The position numbers and the translations under genes were made by a program. A stretch of DNA of 64,000 nt. Source: Candidatus Saccharimonadales bacterium. GTDB lineage: Bacteria; Patescibacteriota; Saccharimonadia; Saccharimonadales; EFPC-124. Numbering within the stretch: position 1 is the stretch's first letter; every line of letters begins with the position of its first letter. The stretch is taken from NCBI GenBank assembly GCA_035457485.1, contig DATIBO010000006.1, positions 434,659 through 498,658 of the forward strand, read 5' to 3'. The notes under the pieces were generated by a model. It searched no databases. It saw only the letters and a program-made list of their open reading frames with translations, and was not told the DNA's origin. Of this stretch, positions 43,803 to 53,143 are shown piece after piece.

Positions 43803-44860
43803 CGATAGTTTTAGTAATTTTGCTTATTGGAGTTTTGTTCGCTTTAGCATTCATTATCTACCTGTTAACTCAGCGCAAAAACGACACTGGCGCCACATTA
43901 ATTAAGCAGGATCTGTTGGCATTAAACCAGGGGATTTCTAATTTAAAGGACGGACTACAAAGCCATCTAACTGATAGACTCGATAAAAACCAGGCTATGT
44001 TGAGTAAGCAGTTTAGTGAAAGCACAAAAATAATCGCCGATGTTACAGAGCGCTTAACAAAGTTAGATGAGACTAATAAACGTGTGATTGATGTTGCCGA
44101 CGAACTTAAACTTTTGCAAAATGTTTTACAAAACCCTAAGCAGCGAGGAGTTTTGGGTGAGTATTATTTACAAACGGTTCTAAGCAATGTTTTACCGCCC
44201 GATAGATTTAACTTGCAGCACAAGTTTGCAGACGGTGAAATTGTTGATGCCGTGATATATTTGGATAAAAATAAAATTCTACCCATAGATTCTAAATTTA
44301 GTCTAGAGAACTATAACCGATTACTGGACGAAGCAGATAAACAAAGTCGCGAAAAATACGCGAAACTGGTTCGAGCTGATCTTAAAAATAGAATTGATGA
44401 AACCAGTAAGTATATTCGTGAATCCGAAGGTACTATGGATTTTGCTTTTATGTTTGTACCGAGCGAAGCAGTCTATTATGATCTCCTTATCAACAAGGTC
44501 GGCTCGGTTAATGCGAATACGCGTGATCTAATTGAATATGCTTTTCGCGACAAACGCGTAATTATAGTATCTCCGACATCGTTTATGGCATATTTGCAAA
44601 CAGTTTTGCAGGGTTTGCGTAGTTTGCAGATCGAAGAGCAGGCCAAAGAAATACAGGTGCGTGTTGGGCAATTGCGTCAACACTTGGAATCCTACGACAC
44701 GTATATGGGCAAGCTCGGTAATAGCTTAAAGACAACAGTCAATCACTTTAATACCGCTCACAACGAGCTTAAAAAAGTAGATAAGGACATAGTTAAAATT
44801 ACAAACAAGGCTCAAATAATAGAGCCGGTCACGGTTGACCGGCCCCAGTTAGATGAGTAG
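43784..44860 (+). CDS. rmuC: DNA recombination protein RmuC
   Basis: N-terminal TM helix, coiled coil, and the conserved GVLGEYYL...DFAFMFVPSEAVY...VSPTSF core. Confidence 0.85.
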   Translation: MDLVSMTIVLVILLIGVLFALAFIIYLLTQRKNDTGATLIKQDLLALNQGISNLKDGLQSHLTDRLDKNQAMLSKQFSESTKIIADVTERLTKLDETNKRVIDVADELKLLQNVLQNPKQRGVLGEYYLQTVLSNVLPPDRFNLQHKFADGEIVDAVIYLDKNKILPIDSKFSLENYNRLLDEADKQSREKYAKLVRADLKNRIDETSKYIRESEGTMDFAFMFVPSEAVYYDLLINKVGSVNANTRDLIEYAFRDKRVIIVSPTSFMAYLQTVLQGLRSLQIEEQAKEIQVRVGQLRQHLESYDTYMGKLGNSLKTTVNHFNTAHNELKKVDKDIVKITNKAQIIEPVTVDRPQLDE

Positions 44861-44866
44861 CTGAAA

Positions 44867-45577
44867 TTAATTTTTAGCTTTTGTAGATGTTACTTCCCAA
44901 AGTAAGGCTTTGTAGCCCCAGATTCCGATCGCAATTCCAATGAGCGGAGCGACTGCGTAAACAAGCGTTGACCAGTTGTTGGTGAATGCGTTAACCCCGA
45001 TCGCAACGGCCGGATTTAGTATAGCTGCCGAACCAATTGAGGCAATCAACAATCCTATTAAGAAAGATCCTCCTGCAGTAAAGGCGGCGTCAAAGCCTTG
45101 TTTTTTACCCAAGAAAACGCTACCGATTCCAAACCCAAACACTAGTGCACCCATGAATTGCGACAGAACTGGCAGCCAAGACTGGTCTGTTAGTCCGGTG
45201 ATTTCGAAGGGTGTCACACCTGCTGCAAGCGGATTTGCTGCCAAAAATTGCATGACGATAATTAGCGCTAAAATTGCACCAATCACCTGAGCAATTATGT
45301 AACCCATGGCTTTAACGGGTGTTATTTGCTTAACGCTTAGTAATCCTAAAGTTACAGCCGGATTCATGTGAGATCCTGAAAGTTGGCTGATTACCAACCA
45401 CATAATCAGGTAAGCTAGAACTGCAATTAAAGTGTTAACGGTTCCATCGGTAGAAGTGACCAAAATTGTGCAGGTTAGAACAAATGTTCCAATTAACTCG
45501 GCGAACATCGCCCCCAGCCGAATGTCTTCGCTATTTAATATTTTTTTAAAGTCGGTTTTAGCAACTTTTACGGCCAT
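44867..45577 (-). CDS. MIP/aquaporin family channel
   Basis: Two NPA boxes (SGSHMNPAVT and LNPAVAIG). Confidence 0.9.
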   Translation of the reverse strand: MAVKVAKTDFKKILNSEDIRLGAMFAELIGTFVLTCTILVTSTDGTVNTLIAVLAYLIMWLVISQLSGSHMNPAVTLGLLSVKQITPVKAMGYIIAQVIGAILALIIVMQFLAANPLAAGVTPFEITGLTDQSWLPVLSQFMGALVFGFGIGSVFLGKKQGFDAAFTAGGSFLIGLLIASIGSAAILNPAVAIGVNAFTNNWSTLVYAVAPLIGIAIGIWGYKALLWEVTSTKAKN

Positions 45578-45617
45578 TATTCCCCCTGGTTATTTTTAAC
45601 AAAAGTATAGCACAAAC

Positions 45618-46097
45618 GTGAGCAGCGTGTTGACGCAAAATGATTTTACTAGTATTTGTATAAACATGATTAACAACATGGTAGTTTCGTTGGGCAACTT
45701 TTGGGAAGCAGAAGACTTCTTTATAAAAGTACCCGGAGTAACTCACACAGAAGTCGGATATTGCGGTGGAACAACGTCCAAGCCCATTTATCATAATAAG
45801 GGCGACTATAACGATGCGGTTAAGCTCGAGTTTGACCCGCGTGTAATTAGCCAAGAAGAGTTACTTAGTTTAGTCTGTGAGTTTGCAATTAGTTACGGTT
45901 TAGAAAACCCAACGGTTTATTTTATTGATGACAAAGAGTTTGAGCTTTTTAAAAACTGGCAGCGCGAAATGGGTCACGCCTACCCGGAGTCACTAGAGCT
46001 AACCTTTGAGCCGCTAAATAGTTATCATGTTGCCGAAAATTACCATCAAAAACATTTAGCAAAATTACGTGGTGAGTCTCTGGAGCCCGTGATTTAA
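45618..46097 (+). CDS. MsrA-like protein lacking the catalytic cysteine
   Basis: Aligns by eye to MsrA (GNFWEAEDFF.KVPGV..T.VGYCGG...FDP.VIS.EELL...AENYHQKHL), but GCFWG is GNFWE and TGHAE is GDYND. The true start is possibly an internal Met. Confidence 0.6.
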   Translation: MSSVLTQNDFTSICINMINNMVVSLGNFWEAEDFFIKVPGVTHTEVGYCGGTTSKPIYHNKGDYNDAVKLEFDPRVISQEELLSLVCEFAISYGLENPTVYFIDDKEFELFKNWQREMGHAYPESLELTFEPLNSYHVAENYHQKHLAKLRGESLEPVI

Positions 46098-46114
46098 TCT
46101 GCTAAACTAGATTT

Positions 46115-46351
46115 ATGGCACTATTTTTAAAAGAAACAGATCAAAGATCACAACTTCAAAACAAAATCGCTGCTGACATGCAAACAAGGACTAAGGTTCA
46201 GGGCGGAGGCGATGACCCTCAAGACATCAGCAAAAACAAAATGCTAGAAGATACACAAGAATCTAGTAGCAAATCACTATTTTGGGTCGGGGTCGTTACG
46301 ATAATTGTTATCGCAGCTGTTATTTTTGTAATTTTTATTTACGAAGGGTAA
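46115..46351 (+). CDS. hypothetical small membrane-anchored protein
   Basis: 78 aa with a C-terminal TM helix. Confidence 0.35.
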   Translation: MALFLKETDQRSQLQNKIAADMQTRTKVQGGGDDPQDISKNKMLEDTQESSSKSLFWVGVVTIIVIAAVIFVIFIYEG

Positions 46352-46353
46352 CT

Positions 46354-46971
46354 ATGAAAATCGCAGTTATAAGTGGGAGCTCACGGCCAAAAAGTCAGAG
46401 TTTAAAAATTGCCAATTGGGTGGTTGAAAAACTTAGAGATCTAGACACGGAGCCTATCTTGATTGACCTGCATGAGCATGTTCTGCCCACCGAAATCAAC
46501 TTGCTCGATTTAAAGAACGAGCCAACCGGACTAAAAGCCTGGAGCCCTGTGCAAGAAATTTTACAAGATAGCCTTGGGTTTGTTGTAGTTTCGCCAGAAT
46601 GGAATGGTATGGCTCCTCCGGCGCTTATGAACATGTTCGAATATGCCTCAGTGAGTTCTAAGCCACTTGCGCACAAGCCGGGGCAAATTATAACCGTATC
46701 GAACACGGACGGCGGAAGTTATCCTGCGGCGCAGCTGCGTGTGCATGGAGGTAAGAACAACCACTCTTTTTACAACCCAGAAATTGTAATTATTCGTAAC
46801 TGCGAAAAAGTTTTTAACAGCGAATCACCGGAAGTTGGCAACAGTGCTGACGAATATTTACAGGCACGGGTCGAACACAGCTTACGAATTTTTTTAGAAT
46901 ACGTGAAAGCTATGCAGAGTTTACGCGAAAACTCTAAAGTTGATCTGTTGAAATATCCGAATGGGATGTGA
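46354..46971 (+). CDS. NAD(P)H-dependent FMN reductase family oxidoreductase
   Basis: MKIAVISGSSRPKSQS N-terminus and SPEWNG motif. Start moved to the ATG at 46354. Confidence 0.75.
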   Translation: MKIAVISGSSRPKSQSLKIANWVVEKLRDLDTEPILIDLHEHVLPTEINLLDLKNEPTGLKAWSPVQEILQDSLGFVVVSPEWNGMAPPALMNMFEYASVSSKPLAHKPGQIITVSNTDGGSYPAAQLRVHGGKNNHSFYNPEIVIIRNCEKVFNSESPEVGNSADEYLQARVEHSLRIFLEYVKAMQSLRENSKVDLLKYPNGM

Positions 46972-47353
46972 CCTCAACAGTAATTGCGAATCTGCGAATT
47001 GCTCCATCTACTAAAACCGTGTGAATGCCAGGTTGAACTGCCTGCACGCGAGCTGGGAATCGATCGCGCATTTCTCCCAGGTTTGCATTTTTCACGCTCT
47101 CTTCATCTAGTCTTATTGCTAGAGTTTCCTCAAGTTCGGCCTCGGTTCTTCCGTATTTGCAACGAGCGGCTAAGCCGATTAAAGGCTCGATCATCTCTTT
47201 TGGCTCACGGGCATCATCTGTTATCTCGAACATCTTCACTGTTATAGGCGTGCCAATTTCGGGCATTATGTAATTTGGCGGTTTGAAGTATGAGTGTTCT
47301 GCTTCAAGTTGTAATTCGGGCGCTCTGGCTGTTAATTGTAAAATCTCTGACAT
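46934..47353 (-). CDS. hypothetical protein
   Basis: 139-aa ORF. Its 3' end overlaps the convergent reductase gene by 38 nt. No motif recognised. Confidence 0.4.
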   Translation of the reverse strand: MSEILQLTARAPELQLEAEHSYFKPPNYIMPEIGTPITVKMFEITDDAREPKEMIEPLIGLAARCKYGRTEAELEETLAIRLDEESVKNANLGEMRDRFPARVQAVQPGIHTVLVDGAIRRFAITVEVTSHSDISTDQL

Positions 47354-47404
47354 GACTTTTTTATATCATAATTCAGTGAGTTTGCGGTATACTTATTACC
47401 AGAT

Positions 47405-48412
47405 ATGACGGATAAAATTACAGAAGTTGGTAAAAAGCTCAAAAAGCAGTTTGCGGAGCTAAAAGACAAGCGCGCGATTTTACGTGCATCTGAGCTTAAA
47501 GAGCTCTATACTCAAATTAAGAGTGTGGCTCCAGAACATCGCCGCGAATTTGGCCAAAAAGTTAATGAGCTTAAATTGGAGCTAGAAGCCATGGTGGATG
47601 GTTACGAAAGCGCGGCCGCAAGCGCTGACGTTGAGCCGCTGGATGTAACTGCTCCAAGCGACATTAATGCACCCGTCCCGAGTTTGTTGGGTGCAGAAAA
47701 CGGAAGTCGTCACCCGTTAAGCGTTGAGCGCGAAGTTATTGCTGACATTTTTGCCCGAATGGGTTACGAAGTTTTGGATTCTCGTCAGCTTGATGATGAT
47801 TATCATATGTTTGGTGCTCTAAACTTTCCAGAGGGCCATCCAGCGCGTGATGATTACGACACATTTGTAACCGAAGAAGGCCTAATTGCGCCGGCTCACA
47901 CCAGCGCAATGCAGAACCGAATTTACAAAGGCAAGCAAATTCCAATTCGCAGTGTGCTTATTGGCCGAGTTTTTCGCAACGAAGATCTTGACGCAAAACA
48001 TGAACACACTCTAAATCAGATTGAGGGCGTTTATGTTGATAAAAATATAAACGTCGGCCACTTACTAGCAACATTTAAAACCTTCCTCGAGGCATATTAT
48101 AAAACTGAGCTTGAATTTCGCACTCAGCCGTCTTACTTTCCGTTTGTTGAACCTGGCTTTGAATTTACGTTAAGCTGCCCGTTTTGCAACAAAAAGGGCT
48201 GCGCTACATGTGGCCACGAAGGTTGGATCGAACTTGGCGGCTGCGGCATGATTCACCCTAATGTTTTGCGCGAAGGCGGTATCGACCCAGAGGAATACAG
48301 TGGTTTTGCGTGGGGCTTCGGCCTAGATCGAATCGTAATGATGAAGTACGCAATCGAAGACGTAAGGCATTTCCAAAGCGGCAAATTAGCATTTTTAAGG
48401 CAATTTAAATAA
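47405..48412 (+). CDS. pheS: phenylalanine--tRNA ligase alpha subunit
   Basis: Class II motifs (FRNE..D..H...F.Q.EG; GWIELGGCGM; GFAWGFGLDR). Confidence 0.95.
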   Translation: MTDKITEVGKKLKKQFAELKDKRAILRASELKELYTQIKSVAPEHRREFGQKVNELKLELEAMVDGYESAAASADVEPLDVTAPSDINAPVPSLLGAENGSRHPLSVEREVIADIFARMGYEVLDSRQLDDDYHMFGALNFPEGHPARDDYDTFVTEEGLIAPAHTSAMQNRIYKGKQIPIRSVLIGRVFRNEDLDAKHEHTLNQIEGVYVDKNINVGHLLATFKTFLEAYYKTELEFRTQPSYFPFVEPGFEFTLSCPFCNKKGCATCGHEGWIELGGCGMIHPNVLREGGIDPEEYSGFAWGFGLDRIVMMKYAIEDVRHFQSGKLAFLRQFK

Positions 48413-50874
48413 TGAAAACATCTATTCAATTAATGAAGCTTTTGAGTGACGATACTCAGTGGAAGCTGGCGCCAGAGGACTTGGTTGTAAAAATCGGTAG
48501 TCAACTTGGCGAAGTTAAAGAAGTAATCGACTTACGTGCAAAATACGATGGCATTAAAGTTGCTCAAATCGTAGAGGTTACTCCGCACCCCGATGCAGAT
48601 AAACTAAACATCTATCAAATTTTGGCGGGCGGCAGTCAAAAGATCCAAGTCGTCTCAGGTGATACCAGTTTGAGTGTTGGCGACAAAGTGGCTTGGTTAG
48701 CCCCTGGCGCGACAGTCCCTAGTACTTATGGAACAGAACAGGCATTTGTTTTGAGCGTGAGACCTTTGCGAGGGCATATGAGTCATGGAATGTTTGGATC
48801 GGGCAAAGAACTTGATTTTAACGACGATGCGGCGTCGGTTTTAAAACTAGACACCAAGGCGGAGCCGGGCACGGCATTTGCTGAGGCCTATAATTTAGAT
48901 GATGTGATTATTGACATAGAGAACAAGATGTTCACTCATCGCCCCGACTGCTTTGGTAACTTGGGTGTTGCGCGCGAAATCGCTGGTATCCAGGGTATAG
49001 CTTTTGAAAGTCCAGATTGGTACAGTGCTGATGCCAAAGTTCGCCCAGCCGAGCATGAAACTGTAAAAATCGAAGTCGAAAACAACATCCCAGATTTAGT
49101 TAGTCGCTATGCCGCGGTTGCACTTGAGGTAGAGATTGCGCCGAGTCCGCTTTGGCTGCAAAGCTATTTGCGCAGACTTGGTATTCGGCCAATCAACAAC
49201 GTGGTCGACATTACAAACTACGTAATGATTTGCACTGCCCAACCTTTACATGCGTTTGACTTTAACAAAGTAAGCGGCAGTAAAGATAAGGCTAAGATCG
49301 TTATTAGACATCCAAAAAAAGATGAAGAGCTGATCCTGTTAGATGGAAAAAAAGTTCGGCCAAGCGAAAAGTCTATGTTGATTTGTAACGATGTGGAACC
49401 GATTGCGTTAGGCGGGATGATGGGTGGCGCAAATTCTGATATTAGTAATAATACCAAGCGAATTATTCTAGAAAGCGCGACTTTTGACATGTATCAAATC
49501 CGCCGATCAAGCATGCAAATGGGTATATTTACAGATGCTGTGACGCGTTTTAGTAAGGGTCAATCGCCCGAACAATGCCTGGTTGTTTTGGCAAAAGCTG
49601 TTGAAATTCTTATTAAATTTGCCGGCGCAAAGGTGATTAGTAAAGTTGCTGATGAGTATCCTAAGAAACATACAAACAAACCAATTATTGTCTCGAGTGA
49701 GTTTATAAACAGTCGGTTGGGCAGTGATTTTACCGCTGATCAAATTGCTACAACCTTGCGCAATGTCGAGCTAATTGTCGAGCAAAGTGGCGATGAACTT
49801 GTTGTTACTGCTCCATTCTGGCGCCGCGACATTGAAATAAAAGAAGATATCGTAGAAGAAGTTGGTCGCCTAATCGGTTACGATAAGTTACCGCAAAGTT
49901 TGCCACAGCGCGCAACGTCAACTGCCGATGTAGCTGCAATCGATCTACTAAAGTCTAAAATTCGTAACATTTTAGCTGGCGCCGGTGCTAACGAACTGCA
50001 AACTTACAGCTTTGTGCCTGCAAAATTAATGCAAGCTGTAGGTCAGCAGAGCGAGCACGCGTTTTCAATCCGCAATGCAATTAGTCCAGATCTGCAAAAG
50101 TACCGCCTAAGCATTACCCCTGGATTGTTAGATAAAATTCATCCTAATATTAAGGCCGGATTTAATGAGTTCGGTTTATTCGAAATGAACCGGGTGCATA
50201 TTAAGGGTGATGATGATTGTGACGGCTTACCACGCGAGTATCAGACTTTAGCTTTTGCGTACGCCGCTAAAAAACCTGGCCAAGGCGCACCGTACTATGT
50301 TGCTTTAAAACATCTAGACTATTTATTAAAAAACCTAAACATTAGTTACAAAATTATGCCGGCCGCAACTCAGCCACAGTGGGAAATCGGCCGTCAGGTT
50401 TTCGCTCCGTTCGAGCCTAAGCGTAGCGGTTTCATTATTGTAAACGATGAATTTGCCGGGTTTATTGGCGAGTACAAAATTGCCACGCGCAAAAATTTAA
50501 AATTGCCAGATTATTGTGCCGGTTTCGAGATTGATGTTGAGCGCCTACTTAAGCACCAAAAAACCAGTGTCTATAAAAAATTACTTCGATTCCCATCCGT
50601 TGAACAAGACATCTGTTTTAAGGTTGAATCTAAGACAACTTACGGTGAGCTGCTTGATCTATTTACGCAAGCCCTCACCGTGGATGCGCAGTTACATGTA
50701 GATGTAGAGTTTTTGGACATTTACCAACGCGAGCAGGAGAAATCACATAAACAGATTACATTTAGGGTAAATCTTCAGCACCCAGAAAAAACTTTAACAA
50801 ACGATGAAGTTAGTGATTTAATAAATAACGCAATCGAATCTGTTCGTTCAAAAATTCCGGCAGAGCGAGTTTAG
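48412..50874 (+). CDS. pheT: phenylalanine--tRNA ligase beta subunit
   Basis: 820 aa with tRNA-binding, B3/4, B5 and FDX-ACB architecture. Start overlaps the pheS stop. Confidence 0.95.
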   Translation: MKTSIQLMKLLSDDTQWKLAPEDLVVKIGSQLGEVKEVIDLRAKYDGIKVAQIVEVTPHPDADKLNIYQILAGGSQKIQVVSGDTSLSVGDKVAWLAPGATVPSTYGTEQAFVLSVRPLRGHMSHGMFGSGKELDFNDDAASVLKLDTKAEPGTAFAEAYNLDDVIIDIENKMFTHRPDCFGNLGVAREIAGIQGIAFESPDWYSADAKVRPAEHETVKIEVENNIPDLVSRYAAVALEVEIAPSPLWLQSYLRRLGIRPINNVVDITNYVMICTAQPLHAFDFNKVSGSKDKAKIVIRHPKKDEELILLDGKKVRPSEKSMLICNDVEPIALGGMMGGANSDISNNTKRIILESATFDMYQIRRSSMQMGIFTDAVTRFSKGQSPEQCLVVLAKAVEILIKFAGAKVISKVADEYPKKHTNKPIIVSSEFINSRLGSDFTADQIATTLRNVELIVEQSGDELVVTAPFWRRDIEIKEDIVEEVGRLIGYDKLPQSLPQRATSTADVAAIDLLKSKIRNILAGAGANELQTYSFVPAKLMQAVGQQSEHAFSIRNAISPDLQKYRLSITPGLLDKIHPNIKAGFNEFGLFEMNRVHIKGDDDCDGLPREYQTLAFAYAAKKPGQGAPYYVALKHLDYLLKNLNISYKIMPAATQPQWEIGRQVFAPFEPKRSGFIIVNDEFAGFIGEYKIATRKNLKLPDYCAGFEIDVERLLKHQKTSVYKKLLRFPSVEQDICFKVESKTTYGELLDLFTQALTVDAQLHVDVEFLDIYQREQEKSHKQITFRVNLQHPEKTLTNDEVSDLINNAIESVRSKIPAERV

Positions 50875-50909
50875 ATGTTATTATTAAAAAGCTAGCTTGA
50901 GGGGAGAAT

Positions 50910-51446
50910 ATGGAATCTAGTACTAAAAAATGGCAACGAGTGGTAATCTGGATAATCGCAGTCGTTTTAACTGTAGGAACCTTGGGTTTTTACTTTATTA
51001 TAATTTTGCAAAATAATAACCAGGCTAGTCAAACTGCGCAGCTACAAGAGGCGCTAGCGAGTCAAGCAGAACAGGAGCAGCAAGTGGACCCTACAGCATT
51101 AATCGTAGACGGTGATGTGTCGGAGCTTAAAATTGAAGACCTAGTGGTAGGTGATGGAACCGAAGTTAAAGCCGGTGATTACGTTAAGGTTAATTACAAA
51201 GGTACTCTCGCAAGTAATGGCGTTAAATTCGATAGTAGCTATGATCGCGGTGAACCAATCGAATTTAGCTTGGACGGTGTTATTGAAGGTTGGCAGCAGG
51301 GCATGCCGGGTATGAAAGTCGGTGGGAAGCGCCGTTTAATCATTCCATCGGAGCTTGCGTACGGAGCGACTGCTATTCCTGGGATTCCAGCAAACTCTGA
51401 TTTAGTATTTGAAATCGAACTTTTAGAAGTTAAACCAGCACAGTAA
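50910..51446 (+). CDS. FKBP-type peptidyl-prolyl cis-trans isomerase, membrane-anchored
   Basis: VIEGWQQGMPGMKVGGKRRLIIPSELAYG and LVFEIELLEV. Confidence 0.9.
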   Translation: MESSTKKWQRVVIWIIAVVLTVGTLGFYFIIILQNNNQASQTAQLQEALASQAEQEQQVDPTALIVDGDVSELKIEDLVVGDGTEVKAGDYVKVNYKGTLASNGVKFDSSYDRGEPIEFSLDGVIEGWQQGMPGMKVGGKRRLIIPSELAYGATAIPGIPANSDLVFEIELLEVKPAQ

Positions 51447-51521
51447 AAACTACAATATGTGGGGTATTGCGCTCAAAGATAAGCGCTATATACTGGTAAA
51501 TAGTCTTGGAGGGGCTTAAAA

Positions 51522-51785
51522 ATGAAAAAAATAACAGTATACACAACAAACTCTTGCGCGTACTGCGAAATGGTAAAGCGTTTTTTAAACGGCAAAGGTG
51601 TTGATTTTAATGTCGTCAACTTGGATGAGGAGCCGAGTGAGGTTCGTCAAAAAGTGATTGAAATGAGCGGCGCAATGACTGTGCCTGTGATTGTAGTAGA
51701 AAAAGAACTCGAAACCGGCGAAACCGAAGTTATGGATATAACTGTGGGCTGGAATCCTGGCAAATTAGCTTCGGCGGTGGCTTAG
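51522..51785 (+). CDS. glutaredoxin/NrdH-like redoxin
   Basis: CAYC active site and TVPVI motif. Confidence 0.8.
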   Translation: MKKITVYTTNSCAYCEMVKRFLNGKGVDFNVVNLDEEPSEVRQKVIEMSGAMTVPVIVVEKELETGETEVMDITVGWNPGKLASAVA

Positions 51786-51786
51786 T

Positions 51787-52746
51787 ATGAGTAAGGTTTA
51801 CGATGTAGTTATGATTGGAGCGGGTCCTTCGGCTTTGGCGGCAGCCGTTTACACGACTCGCGAAGACTTAAAAACGGTTTTAATCGAAAAAGGGCCAGTC
51901 GGCGGCCTGGCTGCGGTTACCGACTTAGTGGATAATTATCCAGGCTTTGCAAAAGGAATCTCAGGCTTGGAACTAGCACAAAATTTTCAGGCGCACGCTG
52001 AGCGTTTTGGAGCTCAGATCGAATATGGCGAAGTTACTCAAATTATTGATGGCCCTATTAAAACCGTAAAAACAACCGAAGGCGATTTTAACGCTAAGGC
52101 AGTTTTGATTGCGACTGGATCTTCTTATAAACAGCTTGGAATTCCAGGCGAAAAAGAGTATTACGGTCGTGGAGTTCACTACTGCGCAACATGTGACGGT
52201 GCATTTTACCGTGACAAAAAACTGGCGGTGGTTGGCGGCGGCAACTCAGCGGTTCAAGAAGCATTATTTTTGCTGAGATTCGCGACCCACATAGACTTAT
52301 TAGTGCGCAGTGAGGTTAAAGCCTCCGAGATCCTAAAAGATGATCTTAAAAAAGCGGTTGATGCCGGTAAAATCACAATCCACACAAACACCACAACCAA
52401 CGAGATTATTGGTGAGGATAACAAGGTTATAAAAGTCAAAGTTACTAAAGAGGGTAAAGCGACCGATCTTGCCGTAGATGGTGTATTTGTTTTTATTGGT
52501 TTGATCCCGAACACCAGATTTTTAAAAAATAGTGGCGTTGAACTTGATCAATTTGGTTTTGTTGTTACTGATAAAGACTTACAAACGGCCGTACCAGGAA
52601 TATTTTGCAGTGGCGACGTAAGAAGTGGAGCAACAATGCAGATAGCTAGTGCGGCAGGTGAAGGCGCGACTGCTGCGTTAAAAATGCGTGAACACCTCGA
52701 GATGCTGGAACGAAAAGTCGTTACCCCGATGTCGGAAAAAGTCTAA
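51787..52746 (+). CDS. trxB: thioredoxin-disulfide reductase
   Basis: GAGPSALAAAVY FAD motif, redox CATCDG, and GGGNSAVQEA NADPH motif. Confidence 0.95.
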   Translation: MSKVYDVVMIGAGPSALAAAVYTTREDLKTVLIEKGPVGGLAAVTDLVDNYPGFAKGISGLELAQNFQAHAERFGAQIEYGEVTQIIDGPIKTVKTTEGDFNAKAVLIATGSSYKQLGIPGEKEYYGRGVHYCATCDGAFYRDKKLAVVGGGNSAVQEALFLLRFATHIDLLVRSEVKASEILKDDLKKAVDAGKITIHTNTTTNEIIGEDNKVIKVKVTKEGKATDLAVDGVFVFIGLIPNTRFLKNSGVELDQFGFVVTDKDLQTAVPGIFCSGDVRSGATMQIASAAGEGATAALKMREHLEMLERKVVTPMSEKV

Positions 52747-52753
52747 TTTGCTA

Positions 52754-52783
52754 TTGATACACACTTAGTTGGTATGTAAAAAT
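52754..52783 (+). promoter_or_regulatory. sigma70-like promoter abutting island 4
   Basis: TTGATA (52754-52759), 17-18 nt, TG-T-AAAAAT (52775-52783). GC-rich sequence starts at 52784. Confidence 0.4.
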
Positions 52784-52824
52784 GGGGTTGCGAGTCCGAC
52801 CCTCGGACTTCGTGAAGGGAGAAA

Positions 52825-53082
52825 ATGGTGGGTACTCAGGTGCAGGATCCGCTGGCAGGCGGGGTCGAGGTCAAAGGCTTCCGTGTTGACCTCACCCACG
52901 CGCAGTGGTACAAGTCGACCCGGAGTGGGCCGAACTGCGACAACTGTGTCGAGGTCGCCTTCGTCGGTGGGGCCATCGCCCTGCGCGACAGCAAGAACCC
53001 GACCGGGCCGGCGCTGATCTTCACCCCGGCCGAGTGGGACGCCTTCGTCGAGGGAGCTAAGGACGGCGAGTTCGACATCTGA
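52825..53082 (+). CDS. DUF397 domain protein (BldB/WhiJ-associated type), high-GC gene
   Basis: WYKSTRSGPNCDNCVEVAFVGGAIALRDSKNPTGPALIFTPAEWDAFVEGAKDGEFD matches the DUF397 pattern W.KSS.S....CVEVA....V.VRDSK.P.GP.L.F....W..F. GGGAG RBS. Confidence 0.8.
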   Translation: MVGTQVQDPLAGGVEVKGFRVDLTHAQWYKSTRSGPNCDNCVEVAFVGGAIALRDSKNPTGPALIFTPAEWDAFVEGAKDGEFDI

Positions 53083-53096
53083 ATCCGCCCTTCAAC

Positions 53097-53137
53097 CCTG
53101 ACGGCAGCGCGCTCTCATTCGAGCAGCTGCCGTCAGG
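53097..53137 (+). terminator. GC-rich hairpin after DUF397 gene, no U tract
   Basis: CCTGACGGCAGC-17 nt-GCTGCCGTCAGG, a 12-bp stem. Confidence 0.5.
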
Positions 53138-53143
53138 CAAAAC

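Larger units (their letters stand above)
52784..53143. other. high-GC island 4
   Basis: 41 G+C of 60 at 52921-52980. Wedged between the convergent trxB and GDPD genes. Confidence 0.75.
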
